64,000 nucleotides of DNA, from assembly GCA_010015585.1 (NCBI GenBank), contig ML975149.1; one strand, written 5' to 3'. Numbering within the stretch: position 1 is the stretch's first letter; the number at the start of each line of letters is the position of its first letter. This DNA is from Eremomyces bilateralis CBS 781.70. Lineage: Eukaryota. Below, piece after piece: positions 11,161-23,590 of this stretch. The notes beneath the pieces were generated by a model, which searched no databases, was not told where the DNA came from, and saw nothing but the letters and a program-made list of their open reading frames with translations. A program made the translations under genes and the position numbers.

Positions 11161-13323
11161 CTAAATCCCCGGAACCCTCCCCCCTAGCCCAGCATGCGCG
11201 TGGTACGAACACCCACCTACGGCCAACTTTTCCCACACCTTCCGCTGCGCGTTGTCGACGGACAAGCCGTTGTCCTGCCAGTCGACTCGGGAGCGCGACT
11301 TCGTCCCGCAGGTACAATAATCGTTGTGATGGTTGCTGAGGAAATTCGGTTCCGAGAGTAACTGTGGGTCGGACGAGTGGTCGTTCGCAGGAAGCGGTGT
11401 ATGATTAGTCAGGAATGCTGCGTTCGATGGCCCTGGAGCGTGGTGGTGGGGGATATCGGGTGTGGTCGTGAGGGTTGGGAACGAGAGCCCGTGCTCCTCT
11501 TCGTCCAGAGGGTCGCTCTCCGTGTCGTAATGTACGCTGGAATTCTCGTCGTCAATGCCGTTGCTCTGATCGTCAGTTTCATACGAATCGTTATCATAAT
11601 CGTCATCCGTGAGCTCGTCGTCGGTGCTGTCATCCGAGCTGACCAACATCCACCCATTGGGCGCAAATATTCCATTGCCCCATGTACCCAGATCGTCCTC
11701 CGGGTCGCTGATGTCAAAGCCGCGATGGGTCGCATCCCAATTATGCGCATAGTCGATGCGCCGGAGCGAACACCATTTGAGATGCTCCATATTACAGCGA
11801 AGGTACTGTAGAATGAACTCCCACTTCGTATCGTCAGACTTCGTATCGAATGGCTGTTTGTCGCGCTGCCTGAATTGATCCTCGTATGTCGGGGTGTAAG
11901 ATGGCGTGTAGGATGGTGTGATGCCCGCTGATCCCTGCACCACTTCATCCAGCTGTTGGCGAGGCCTCATGAGCAGCACATCGCGGAGTCGAAGACCCTT
12001 CAGACGTGGATGTCGAGCCGCGAAGTCGCGAATCTCATGCGAGTGCAATTTCCAACTCTGGATCCCAAACGCGATGAGGTCGGGCCACGTTACATTATGA
12101 AATACTGACTCTAGGGCTATCGTGAGCGGCCTTGTCGAGGGAAACCCCAGATGTATGGCGCGCATCGCCGTCGCTGCGTGGAAGAAGTTCTTGAATAGTT
12201 TCGAAAGGTGCTCGATCTTGGCATCCAAATCCAATGGGAAATGCACGGGTTGTCCGTTCGGCACATCGGGAGTCGAAGTGACGTCGGTTGCGTCGAAGTG
12301 CAATTCAAGACTGGTCAGTCGACTCAGTAACTGCCCAAGATCTTCGGGGACGCTCATGTTGGTCGGGTCTTCGCCAACATATTGAGACAGAGAGATGGCA
12401 CTTTGCGGACTCAGCATCGGACTGCTCAGTGTTGAACACGGGTTCTTTGTTGCGATCAGAGCCGCGCCAATGGTCTGCGTTGAGTGCGAGCAGGCTTCTG
12501 CCCAACGTAGACCGATGTTCAATTGGGGATGCGCAGTCTGTCCATGGATGCCGTTGAGCCCATTGGGCGGTCCGTTGATTCCTAAAGGTGGCCCGTTTTG
12601 AGCACTCCGGAGTCGAGCCATGAGGTTCCGATCGACCTGATCCTGAACGCGCAATATTTGGATCTGCTGCAGGCTCCTAAAGTTATCCATTGCCGTACGA
12701 AGCACATACTCGTCTCGTCTGGAGTCAATGATGTTCCGTTGCTCCTTTAGTCTCGTCAAAAACGGTTCGGTTGCGATGTCACCTAGATCAAAGACGTTCC
12801 CTGCGCCATCCACTTGGGTTGCGAGGGATGAGCGCGATAATTCAGAGCTTGGGTTGGAAGAATCTAACAGAGAACATTTAGTCTCATGGTTGTGATAATC
12901 GCATTATCTGCGTCAGGGAAAGTGAATGCATTACACACCGAATACATAGAAGTATGGGACCATATAACTGAACTTGATGACATGTTTGGCGACATTAGGG
13001 CTCCGCGCAATGGCTTCCAGGCGATTGAAACCCGCTACGGTGAACCTGGTCGTCACACGGGCATACTGACGGACCGCACCTAGTTCGGAGAAGCGCCTAC
13101 AAGTGAGCCGAAATGCAGCTAATGTAGTAAGCGCATCGGGCTCCCGTGGCGGCGGGTGACTGAACGACTCCTGCGACAGGTATGCTCGCTTATCGAGCTC
13201 GATAAGCCGGGGGCGGTCTGATGCAAGAAAGTCCAAGATGTGGTCCAAAAGCTCCGTCGACAGCCGTAGGACGGGCGCTGGATCGTCATGGTTATCCAGA
13301 GCTTCGAGAGCGCGATCCTTCAT
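11161..13323 (-). CDS. F-box-like/LRR-type fungal protein with acidic tail (2 exons)
   Basis: Exon 1 (ORF 13323-12931) has VLRLSTELLDHILDFL..LAAFRLTCRRFSELG, an F-box-like pattern. The long exon 2 ORF has LRR-like segments (LTSLELHF, LKGLRLRDVLL). Confidence 0.65.
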
Positions 13324-15879
13324 ATTGAATCAAGTGTAGGTCAATCAAGTCCAGACCATGGATCCAGGGATATCACCAGGAGTTGGAGATATTCTGAAGC
13401 GAGTGACTGGGAGAGGACCAAAATCGGAGGAAATAGGCAATCCAGCGAGGAAGCAAACTCGAGGTCCGAATCGAATCTTTCGTTGCGGGGAAGAAAACCG
13501 TCACGATGATCGAGTTCCGCGGAAGGGTTGTAATAATCGATACTCGAGATCAGTCGGAAAGCCCGTGGAACCGCCGCGCAAACAGCGCTGATGCCAATGT
13601 TGTACAAAATCTCGGTAGGGCACAAACCATGCTATGTGGCATAGCGACCTGACACTGTCGGAATCACTGTCATCTCAAGACACTGAAACAAAATCGCACA
13701 GTCCGGGCCCGATGCTGCTGGTGGGACCAAAAGATTCTCGTCAGCGGCTGGATCAGTGCAGACACCAGATTCGAAGGTTGGAAACAAGGCAAATCTTACA
13801 AAGAAGCTAGCCTCCCGAACATGTCATACTTTCAGGTGGACATTCGCAACGTGGAAGCTCCGTTGCCAGGATCCCCTTAGGCACAGGAGGCACAGCTATG
13901 TGTATGGGCAACAACGGAGGGCGAGAATCGGGGCAATCAGACAGACGACACGTGTTGGTGGCGTTCCCAATGGCCCAGCGTCGCAAACGGACATTAAACT
14001 CCTGGCCTTCTCAGTTGCTCGAGAAAATGGACAAGAAAGCAAGGTCAAGTGGGAGAGGGTCGAGAAGAGGGGAAGATGGCTCCCGTGCGAACTGATGCTA
14101 GGCACGGAGAGGGGATAAAGAGGTGTTGAGATTCGATTTGCAGGCCTTTCGCGTGCCAATCAGGACAATGCCTCTAATCACATGATTGTTCCCGTATGCG
14201 TGTATGAGCGGGAGGGCCTGGCCGTTCCGCAAGAGCCACTGGACAAAGAGTCTTGGATGAATTTGAGTGGTGCAGTACATCAACGTACAGACAGGGGTTT
14301 CATCCAACGGGGAACAGCCGGTGGATGGGCCGAGAGGGATAGTGTGATGTCGTCGTGCCAGCGCCGGGTTGCTGCTAGACCGGTTAGAGATGCATCGATC
14401 CGCTAGAATGGACAGCGATGAGCGAACGAGAGGATTTCACGGGCCATTGCCTCTGGAGGGCGCAAAAGGATGGGAATGCGAGGAGTTGATGACGAATTTG
14501 TTGAAGAAGAAACATGCCCTCGACCCCTCAGTCCCCTGCAAGACCGTAACTGTATGGCGGGGATCGTCGCCCGAGATGGGCCACGCGGGTTGATCGACTG
14601 ACCTTAATCCATCCTCTTAATTCCGATGCCAGCCATTTGTGAGCGATTTGACCGCCGTTATCGTCCTCCATCTTCACTCCATCCCACCACCTGCGAGGGG
14701 ATATTGGCCGTTGCTTGCTTTTTAGCATCCACGAATGGTGGTGGCCGAAACCGCGAATTCCAGCTCTTGACCTCTCCGATCCCGTCGCCCCAAGCCGCGA
14801 AGGATATATTTTTCGGAAAGCAGTGCAGCAGCACGTCATGCACTTCCACCCAAACTTGCAGATACTATTGCTCAGAACTAACGGGTTGGCTGCATATGCC
14901 AGTCTGATTCCCGTGGTGCCATCGTCTCTCTCGATTTCCAGGTGAGCCGTCCCAAGTGAGCCGTCCCAGGTAATCATTCTTCATTCTTGAGAGACGGTGA
15001 GCGGTCGCCGAATGGGCCGGCGGCGAGCATTTTGCTGCTCCCTGGCTGCACCGCTTCCGTGGCAGCTTCTTCTCCAATCGTGAGAGTTGGCTAAGGATGC
15101 TTTGGTGGACTGGGGTCGCCTTGGGCGGCATGGTCGATTGTAGATTGGGTGCTGATTGGCTATAAAGATGCGCATCCGCTGATAGTCCGATGATGAGAGA
15201 TCGATGTGTCGGATGGAGGACAATGGCAATCTCATCAATTACATGGCTCCACGAGAACTATTGGAGATTTGCAGGAATCGTTGTGCTGGTGACTGACGGG
15301 TGTGAAACGTGACAAGTTTGACATCTAATCGGATACGTAAACAGCTTCAACTTGTCACTGGTGGTTGCACAGTACCGTATTCGGTGCTGTATTATTAAAT
15401 AATAGGTCATTTAGGTGCTGTATCAAGTCCCCTCTATAAGGAATGGTCTGGTCTGGTCGGCCGAACTCGCTTATTGCGGCCTTGTCGCCCGAGGAAGTGG
15501 TAATTGTTGCCTTAGACTGCATTTCCTGCATTCCCATGCTTCCCCGATGCTTTGATTCCCAGCTGTTGAGCGTCGGCACATCCTTCAGTTCCATCCAGAA
15601 CATCCTCCTGCGAGGCTAAGGATGTAGGTACTCAACCAAAGTACCACCATGCAACTTCGTGTACGCTTATGTCCCGACTCCACAGTGAAACGAGAACTCT
15701 CGAATGCCTCGGCCGCCCCCATTCAACAGTCCATCCCAGCCAGATGACATACCGCATTGCTCCTCTTGCTCGCTCTGTTGGGAAAGATACACCATGCCAC
15801 CACCTATTTCGGCAACTCAGCATCGTATCTAGTGGAATGACCGATCAATTGTGTGCGTTCCCATCCCAGCTACTGTAGG

Positions 15880-17193
15880 CTATACCTTGCTCCTCCCCCT
15901 CGTCGCCCTCTCCTTTCGTATCTCGGTGCTACTCAGCTTCCCCTCAAAGCTCGCCCGCATATCTCTCCCGCTCGCATCCTTATGTCGCCCATCATCTTCA
16001 ACCTCCCCCGAGTCCAACACATCCACCTCGAGCACCTCCATGTCCGCCCACCCCTTCTCCCGTCGTTTCTGGTTGACGGCCGCACCTCCCGACCGCGTCT
16101 CGGCAGAGATCACCAGCACGCTCACGCCCGGCTCGGTGATTGTGGGACCGAAAGGATCGCCGATCTCCACGAGTTTCAAGGTGATGTCTCCAGCGGGTTG
16201 GGCTGCGTGGGTTGGGGCGACGAGAGTGACGTTCCATGCGTGGCCGTTCGGTCCGGGTTGATTGATATGTTGGACGTGTAAATCGCTGGGCGACTCCGAT
16301 AAGAGCGATGCTGGTGATGTCGGCCGATAGTCCATGATGCCGATGAGGAACCGTTCCACCGCGACCCGTCGGGCATCCCAGCTCTGTAATAGCTCTGCGT
16401 ACTTCTTGTTCGCCAGCAGCGCATCATTAGTGATGCCGATCGTAACGCTCCTCTCGGTCTGTTGATCGGTATCGAGCTCGTCGACCATGAACGCGGTCAT
16501 GGTCAGTAGAAGCTTGTGTCCGATATGAATATGATCGAATGTTCCCCCAACAACGGACGCATAGTGCTTCCGTCGTTCGCCCAACCCAACTCTTGGAGCC
16601 TCCGCTTCACCCGTGGATGCAACTTGTACTATCCCCCCCCCAACTCTTCTCACGGCAAATCTGGAGAGCTCCCTCCTCTTCTCAACAAACCGGCGCAATA
16701 TCGTCTCTCCATCCTCGCCATCAACTCCCCAAACCACTTCCCACCGCCTTCCACTGCGCGCCAGAGTCTCCAACTCCACCACTACCCCAACCTCCCCAAA
16801 CCACCCACCCTGATCCCTCGGCCCCGTTCGTCTCGGCTCCGCAACCAGCAATATCCGCACATCCACTCCCCCCTGCCCCTCCCCATCGCCATCCACATCC
16901 GGATTGATATCCACCCCTTCCTGTGCCGCAGCCACCACGATCAGCTTGTAGAGCCCCGCCACCGCATCCTGCGTCTGCCGATACAGCACCGAGCGTGGCG
17001 TCCGCGACGCGCCGTAGAGGAAGGGGAGGGGTAGCGCGATGTCGAGAGTGGAGGTGCGGGATGGGGAGTTGACAGAGCGGAGGACTGATTTGAGGGACGT
17101 CTCGTAGGTGGCGCGGAGAGACTGGAAACTTGGTGGTTGAGGGGGAGGGGGGAGGAGGAGTATGGAGTCGCGTGCGGGGAAGGCTGGGGCCAT
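15880..17193 (-). CDS. CAB4: Phosphopantetheine adenylyltransferase (cytidylyltransferase family)
   Basis: VVGGTFDHIHIGHKLLL (HxGH), DPFGPTITE, LVISAETRSGGAAVN and KLSSTEIR motifs; intronless 437-aa ORF. Confidence 0.9.
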   Translation of the reverse strand: MAPAFPARDSILLLPPPPQPPSFQSLRATYETSLKSVLRSVNSPSRTSTLDIALPLPFLYGASRTPRSVLYRQTQDAVAGLYKLIVVAAAQEGVDINPDVDGDGEGQGGVDVRILLVAEPRRTGPRDQGGWFGEVGVVVELETLARSGRRWEVVWGVDGEDGETILRRFVEKRRELSRFAVRRVGGGIVQVASTGEAEAPRVGLGERRKHYASVVGGTFDHIHIGHKLLLTMTAFMVDELDTDQQTERSVTIGITNDALLANKKYAELLQSWDARRVAVERFLIGIMDYRPTSPASLLSESPSDLHVQHINQPGPNGHAWNVTLVAPTHAAQPAGDITLKLVEIGDPFGPTITEPGVSVLVISAETRSGGAAVNQKRREKGWADMEVLEVDVLDSGEVEDDGRHKDASGRDMRASFEGKLSSTEIRKERATRGRSKV

Positions 17194-17713
17194 TGGATTG
17201 TGGTGGGGACCGCTTCACGATTTCGGGTTGATTTAAATCGTGAGGTCGACTTGCGTGCCCTCTTTTACGTTTAGGCGAGGACTATGGCTGTTGAATAACC
17301 ACAATCAAGATATTCTGTTCTTTGTTTACACAGTACAAACTGAAGACCGAAAGATTGGCTGGATCCTCGGCCCGTTCACATCACCCCGCGGATTGGGGGA
17401 GCCGGGAGACTCCTTGGGATGACTAAGAACCTCTTCTGTCTCTCCGAACACTACTTCATGATATCTATTTCATGATATCTACTAACTAGTATATATCGAT
17501 AATTAATTCAATTAGTAATTGGTCGATGACGTTTGACACGGGCTAATATGATATGGTGAGAATGCGATGTTCATTTAAGGTTTCAAGTCTAAGAGTACGG
17601 CTAAACTTCAGTAGAGCTTCTGGCATTGACATATACTATCTGAGAGAGGTAGAGACTGAACGCGTTTTTAAGAGAAGGATATTCAAGTCATTATTTCCCC
17701 TCCGTTCTTCAAC

Positions 17714-18755
17714 ATGTCCAAACTCTCTCCCGCCCTTCGGACATTGATCAACGCGCCCCATGCCCGACCAAACATCATCCCCGCCCCGTCCCATATCCGC
17801 TCCGTTTACGAAGACATTGCGCGCGATGCGGCGCGAAAAAACGTGGGTCGGCCATCGTGGCTGGCGCTTGCAGTGAGTCTCCGTGTTTCAATATATGCAG
17901 TTCCGCATGTGGTTGGGCTGTTGGGGCTAAGAGGGGCTGCGCGATGGTAGACCGCGGCGACCATGACGATGAACTCCCCTGAGAGTTTGACCGCACTGTT
18001 CGAAGTGGCGACGGAGCAGTCGCCGAGCTCCGTAAAGGATAAAGTCAACACCGCGGAGTTCATGCGGGAAGTCGGTCTTAAATGCATATCCTTCAATGGA
18101 GTAAGTCTCCTCATACTGTCGATTAATCGACGCGGTGGACGCATTTAAAGGACGTTCTCTAACCGAGTCCTAGATTCCACGGACAATTAACTTACTAAAC
18201 TACTTCCACGACTTCCTCCCGGACCAAATCTTATCTCAAATGACCACGTCGTCTTCCCGCACCCCAACGTCTTCCAACATCGAGCAGATTCGCGCGCGAG
18301 GCCTTGCCCTCTGGTCCAGCATCTACGCCGAGCTCGACAAGAGGCTCCTCGACAAGCTTGCTGCCTCCCATCCGGACCTCCCCGTCCACATCATCAACAG
18401 CCACTACGGAGCCCTGCTGAACGACCCGCCCTTGGAAGGTAGAGCCGGCCTCGGGCGCGTGGGACGAATGGCCACGTCCATCGTTGCAATTGCGGCATTG
18501 AGAGCACAGGGAGGAGTGGCGCCGCAGGTGATTAGCCACCTGTTTGGACTTCGGAAAGGGTGGGTTGATGGGACGTGGAAGGGTGACTTGCAGTTAGCGG
18601 GGGAAGGGGATAAAGCGGAGGCAGAGAGGCGGACGAAAGGGGTCGAGTGGCTGGCGAGTGATGAGGGCAATATCTGGGTGTTGGATCGCGTGGATCAAGT
18701 CGTGAAGGCGATTCGAGATACCCCAAGTGGTAGTCAACCGCGGCCACGTTTGTGA
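17714..18755 (+). CDS. Conserved fungal AhpD-like (carboxymuconolactone decarboxylase-like) protein; 3 exons
   Basis: MSKLSPALRTLINAPHARP, then AEFMREVGLKCISFNG|IPRTIN, then RGLALWSSIY..SHPDLPVHIINSHYGALL..SIVAIAALRAQGGVAPQVISHLFGLRK. Joined by GT-AG introns at about 17873-17950 and 18101-18173. Confidence 0.65.
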
Positions 18756-19208
18756 AACCATCGATTTATGCACAAGCCATCTAAACATCTAGTTATACTT
18801 CTAATTTGCTAGACGCTCCAAGTAGCAACAGGGAGCGCAAGTGAGCTCCCAAGCGTTGGTATTGCTACGCGTTTCGCGATGATCAACACCATTTTACACG
18901 TGTCACAGGCTATGGATGTTTGCGCTTTGGAAATACGCGTATTGACGGATGTATTTGGGAACTTCTTAATGAATAGAATATTGCAATGAGCTTGGAAGGT
19001 CGAACTGGGCAGTCTCAAAGGTTGGTCTATGACAAGGATCTGGCCAATCACAGCGCGCGATTTTGAACTCCCATCAAAGTCGTCACTCCAACCCGCAGCT
19101 TGAATTATTTCCCTTCACATACTGCTTCACTTCCAATACCCTTATTACAACAAATAAGATTTCCGTCGCTGCGAAAAGTCAACCGAATAATCCCTCCGGG
19201 TTGAAACC

Positions 19209-20666
19209 ATGGCCGACGTCGACGTCCTCATCAAAACATCCGCGAAGCGTACCCGCGAACTCTTCGCCTCAGACTTCGCATCCACCTCCCAACTCGCCTC
19301 CTCCCTTCCCACCCCCTACTCCGTCGCTCCCATCATCCCTAGCGCACAAGAGCAAGCCGACAAGCTCTCCATCACCTCGAGAATACGGTCCGAATATGCC
19401 AATGCGAAAGAACTCCCTCCCGCGCTCGCCGCGAAGCAAGCCAGCGCTGCATCAGTCCGAAGAAAGAAGCCGAAGACGCAGGCTGGCGAGGGCGTGCCGT
19501 CGGACCCCAAAATGGCGCAGATGATCGAGGGGATTACGGAGCGGGACGAGAAGGTATCGGGGAGCGCGTCGAACGCGTTGATAGTGAGGCAAGGCGGCAA
19601 CCGACCGAATATCGCGGGTGGTTTACCGACCCGGGACGCGCCGTCGTCGAGCTTGATTCGGCGGGAGAATATCCGTCAACCGAAACCGGAGTGGCATGCG
19701 CCGTGGAAGCTAAAGCGCGTGGTGTCGGGGCATCTGGGATGGGTGCGGGCGCTGGCGGTGGAGCCGGGCAACAAGTGGTTCTGTTCGGGGGCGGGGGATC
19801 GGACGATCAAGTTATGGGATCTGGCGAGCGGGACGCTGAAGCTCACGTTGACGGGGCATATTTCGACGGTGCGCGGGCTGGCGGTATCGCCGAGACATCC
19901 GTATCTGTTCTCGTGCGGAGAGGACAAGAAGGTGCTGAACTGGGACCTGGAGACGAATAAGGTGATCCGCCACTTCCACGGGCATCTCAGCGGCGTCTAT
20001 ACCCTCGCGCTCCATCCGACCCTCGACGTTCTCATCACCGGCGGACGAGATGGCGTGGCACGAGTATGGGACATGCGCAGCCGCTCGAACATCCACGTGC
20101 TCTCCGGCCACAAGGGCACGGTCTCCAACATCCAAGCGCAAGAAGCCGACCCCCAGATCATCACCTCTTCGCTCGACTCGACCGTCCGCCTCTGGGATCT
20201 CGCGGCTGGGAAAACCATGGGCGTCCTGACGCACCACAAGAAAGGTGTGCGCGCCCTTACCACGCACCCCGAGGAATTCACCTTCGCCAGCGCCAGCACC
20301 GGCAGCATCAAGCAGTGGAAGTGTCCCGAGGGCGCGTTCATGCAGAACTTTGAGGCGCCAAACTGCGTCATCAATACGCTGGCCGTCAACCAGGACAACG
20401 TGATGGTCGCGGGCGGCGACGACGGGTCCATGTCGTTCTTCGATTGGAAGACGGGCCATCGGTTTCAGTCTGAGGACAGCATCGCGCAGCCGGGATCGTT
20501 GGCGGCGGAGGCGGGGATCATGTGCGCGACGTTCGACCGGACGGGGGCGCGGTTGATTACGGGTGAGGCGGATAAGACGATTAAAGTGTGGGCGCCCGAT
20601 ACGACGGCGACGGAGGAGACGCATCCGATGGACTGGACGCCGACGTTGGGGAGGCAGAAGTTCTGA
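19209..20666 (+). CDS. PRP46: Pre-mRNA splicing factor Prp46/PLRG1 (WD40, NineTeen complex)
   Basis: [22 protein letters not shown] followed by seven WD40 repeats, ending [14 protein letters not shown]; intronless 485 aa. Confidence 0.96.
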   Translation: MADVDVLIKTSAKRTRELFASDFASTSQLASSLPTPYSVAPIIPSAQEQADKLSITSRIRSEYANAKELPPALAAKQASAASVRRKKPKTQAGEGVPSDPKMAQMIEGITERDEKVSGSASNALIVRQGGNRPNIAGGLPTRDAPSSSLIRRENIRQPKPEWHAPWKLKRVVSGHLGWVRALAVEPGNKWFCSGAGDRTIKLWDLASGTLKLTLTGHISTVRGLAVSPRHPYLFSCGEDKKVLNWDLETNKVIRHFHGHLSGVYTLALHPTLDVLITGGRDGVARVWDMRSRSNIHVLSGHKGTVSNIQAQEADPQIITSSLDSTVRLWDLAAGKTMGVLTHHKKGVRALTTHPEEFTFASASTGSIKQWKCPEGAFMQNFEAPNCVINTLAVNQDNVMVAGGDDGSMSFFDWKTGHRFQSEDSIAQPGSLAAEAGIMCATFDRTGARLITGEADKTIKVWAPDTTATEETHPMDWTPTLGRQKF

Positions 20667-20865
20667 TTCCATCATGGGCTTTCGGGCAGACGAATTCATA
20701 TTTGGCAAAATCGGCGTCGCAGGAACAGCGCTTCGGGTATATTTGGGGCTCAGGATTGATGAACTGTATACAACTAGCCCATCCAACATCCAACAATAGG
20801 CCAAGGGGCTTATTCACTTGTACACTAAGATACCCGATTCTGAAACAATCCACCACCATCCAGAT

Positions 20866-23241
20866 TTAAAAACCAAACCCCCTCACCTCCTCATCGTTAT
20901 GCAACGCCAACTTAATCTCCTCATCCCCCACCCCCAACCGTATCCTTCCCACCCTCTCCCCCCGCTTCGCCTCCAAACCCACGATCCCCGCCTCCAACAA
21001 CTCGTTCGCGGCGTACTTTATCCCATGCATCCGCGCCGCCTTCCCATTCCTATCCGGCTTCTCCAGCTGCCGCGGCCGCCCCCCTCGCTTCCAGTTCGGC
21101 CCCTCGTCGTCCGGCTCGAACCGCTCCTCCGCCAACAAATACTTGTCGACGGGCGCCACTTGGTTCATGAGCCCGAGATTGCGCGCTTCGTCGAGCACGT
21201 CGCCGAGCACGGCTTCGTTGATCCCCGTCCGCCGAATGCGCGCCAGCAGCGCGGCGAGGAACACCTTCGCGGCGAGGGGCAGCGAGCGGAGGTATTGTTG
21301 CAGCGGACTGCTGGTGGCTTCGCTGATGGCTTGCTTGATCGTCGCGATGGTGACAATCGCCGTTTTCGTCGCTGCCGCGGTGTGTTTCTTCAATGGCGAG
21401 CCACCTACGGCGCTGCCGTTCGTCTCCCTGCCTCGTTTCCGGCCCGTCTTACTGGGTGTATCCGGCGCTTCGGAGTCGTCCTCCTGCACCCGCGCCAGCT
21501 GCTCTGCCTCTGCGAGCTCGACCGCCCGCCGGCAGATATCCAGCGCCCGTCGCGCGTCGCCGCTCACCGCCGCGACCTTCCGCGACGCGAACTGGATGGC
21601 GTCCGGGTGCACGATCTTCCCCGGGACGTTCGCGAGGCGCGACTCGACGATCTGCATGAGCTGATCGTGGGTGTACCCCTTGAAGGTGATCCGATGCAGG
21701 CCGAGGCGGCTGCTGATCTTGTTACTTAGGGTCCGCTCCGGAAGGTCCATCGTGTTGGCGACGGCGAGGACGATGAGCCGGCTGTGGCGTAGGCCGGGCC
21801 AGTTAAAGAAATTGTACATGACGCTCTGGTTCTTCGTGACGAGTTGGTCGAGCTCGTCCATGAGCACGACGCACGGGACGCGTCGCGGGCTGGGACTGCT
21901 GAATTCTCGCTCGAGCAGCTCCAACGCATGAGACGGGCTGACTCGGTCGCCTCGCAGCGCCTCCCAGAGAAGCGCATACGATTGGTGCGGATCGGTCACT
22001 TTCATACCGTTGATCTCCACGAATATGAAGTCGTCGAGCTCCTCGGCGAGCACCGACGCATTGAGTTGGGCGACCACTTCCCGAACCGTCGCCGTCTTTC
22101 CGGTGCCCGGCGTTCCGGCGATGTAGATGCAGGACCCGGTGCCTTCAGTGATGGCTTTCTCGAGATGGGTGTACACTTCGGCGAATTCCTCTTCGCGGCA
22201 GGGGAGGGAGGCGGGGACGGAGGAGACGTGCAGTTGGTTGCGGGCGAGTTGGAAGGGGGAGGAGAGGACGTGGGGGGAGAGGACGCGGGTTCCCAAGGGA
22301 GTGAATTCAAGGGGTCGCTTGATGACGATTCGCTTGGATCCGGGGGTGAATAGTTTGCGAGGTGTCAGTTCCTTCTTTCTGGAGCCTGGCGTGCTGAGAT
22401 CCGTGTTCTTCTTCCTCCTCTTAGGGGTTCGAGGATCGTGGTCATCTCCATCGTGATCCACAACGAATTCGTCGAGATCGTGCTCTGCTTTTCCTTTGCC
22501 CCTTGTACGGGTCGCCTTGGTCTGGCTCTGAATTACGTGGATTAGGTCGCCGATATCTGTTGCACCCTTGTAGATATCTTCCCATACGAACTCTTCCGTG
22601 TATGTCGCTGTCCGAGTGTTGCACCCTCGACGACAGACGAACACTTTGCCGTATTCTTTCGCATTTCGTGGGATTTTGCCAGTAGGATATCGCTTATCGT
22701 ATGCGCTTTTCGACAGGACGGTAGCTTTGCCATTGATCGTACTGAGAGGATTGTCGTCCCATGACGGAGTGAGGTAGATTTCATTCTGGACCTTGTTAGA
22801 TTGCCTCGACCGCTGGAGAGGGATACTGCTTACCTCGAGCGCATCCGTCCTTCTCTTCAATTTATTCCTTATCTCCTTCGGCGTGGAAAACCACATGAAA
22901 TTTGCCATCTTCTCGTCCTCCTCTTCATCATAATGGAGGTCGCAAATGAGCCCAACCCACGCCTCGTTCCCCTCGGCTTTCAGCAACACCATATCGCCCA
23001 CGAAGCACTCAAACTGGCCCATCCGCGCTCCGATGATTTCCGGTCCATCATCGATCGCCGAATGCTTTCGCTTCCGCGGGTTGTCCCGCTTGTCATCATC
23101 ATCCTTCGACTCGCCGTATATCCATTCCCAGGGGTAGTCTTCGACGCCCAACTCATCGTCAGAATCTTCGCGGACGACACTCCCGCCCTGCAGGAATTGC
23201 TTGACCTTTTCGATCTTGCTCCGTTTTGGTTTTGGTGCCAT
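20866..23241 (-). CDS. ORC1: Origin recognition complex subunit 1 (BAH + AAA+); one 48-nt intron at 22833-22786
   Basis: N-terminal BAH domain, LPCREEEF, Walker A GTPGTGKT, Walker B LMDELD, and VSGDARRALDICRRA. Confidence 0.96.
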   Translation of the reverse strand: MAPKPKRSKIEKVKQFLQGGSVVREDSDDELGVEDYPWEWIYGESKDDDDKRDNPRKRKHSAIDDGPEIIGARMGQFECFVGDMVLLKAEGNEAWVGLICDLHYDEEEDEKMANFMWFSTPKEIRNKLKRRTDALEVSSIPLQRSRQSNKVQNEIYLTPSWDDNPLSTINGKATVLSKSAYDKRYPTGKIPRNAKEYGKVFVCRRGCNTRTATYTEEFVWEDIYKGATDIGDLIHVIQSQTKATRTRGKGKAEHDLDEFVVDHDGDDHDPRTPKRRKKNTDLSTPGSRKKELTPRKLFTPGSKRIVIKRPLEFTPLGTRVLSPHVLSSPFQLARNQLHVSSVPASLPCREEEFAEVYTHLEKAITEGTGSCIYIAGTPGTGKTATVREVVAQLNASVLAEELDDFIFVEINGMKVTDPHQSYALLWEALRGDRVSPSHALELLEREFSSPSPRRVPCVVLMDELDQLVTKNQSVMYNFFNWPGLRHSRLIVLAVANTMDLPERTLSNKISSRLGLHRITFKGYTHDQLMQIVESRLANVPGKIVHPDAIQFASRKVAAVSGDARRALDICRRAVELAEAEQLARVQEDDSEAPDTPSKTGRKRGRETNGSAVGGSPLKKHTAAATKTAIVTIATIKQAISEATSSPLQQYLRSLPLAAKVFLAALLARIRRTGINEAVLGDVLDEARNLGLMNQVAPVDKYLLAEERFEPDDEGPNWKRGGRPRQLEKPDRNGKAARMHGIKYAANELLEAGIVGLEAKRGERVGRIRLGVGDEEIKLALHNDEEVRGFGF

Positions 23242-23331
23242 TTTTGATGGTGTGGTGGCTTTGGAAGTGGGTAACGTAGGCTGCAATTAACACTATTGTT
23301 GAAAATTTCCGGATGTCGTCAAGGAGAGCCG

Positions 23332-23366
23332 ACGCGTTATTTGACGCGTTTCGGGGGATGACGCGA
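23332..23366. promoter_or_regulatory. Cluster of MCB-like (MluI cell-cycle box) sites in the ORC1/REV7 divergent promoter
   Basis: ACGCGT at 23332-23337 and 23344-23349, and ACGCGA at 23361-23366, about 90-125 bp upstream of the ORC1 ATG. Confidence 0.6.
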
Positions 23367-23590
23367 GCTCCCAAAGCGGAAGTCTAATTGAATTTCCACA
23401 TCCCCCGCCTTTCCGATGCCATACGGAGTACACATAACACAATACACCTTCACCAAGCCTACTATACCGTCCTTACCGTACTGAGGTATGTAGGTACACT
23501 TTCTTGCAATCATATAGCAATCAAAATATTGCCTTAATGACCTACACTAGTCATCTATCAGCCAGCTAATCCAGCCCCCTCTCATCTCCA

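Noticed and set aside
13400..15800. Many short ORFs and a 14-bp direct repeat (GTGAGCCGTCCCA x2 near 14942-14968)
   Set aside because: No recognisable motifs or consistent exon chain; likely a long promoter or UTR.
19812..21729. Long antisense ORFs (330 aa, 303 aa) over PRP46 and ORC1
   Set aside because: Shadow frames of GC-rich genes; Arg/Pro-rich with no motifs.
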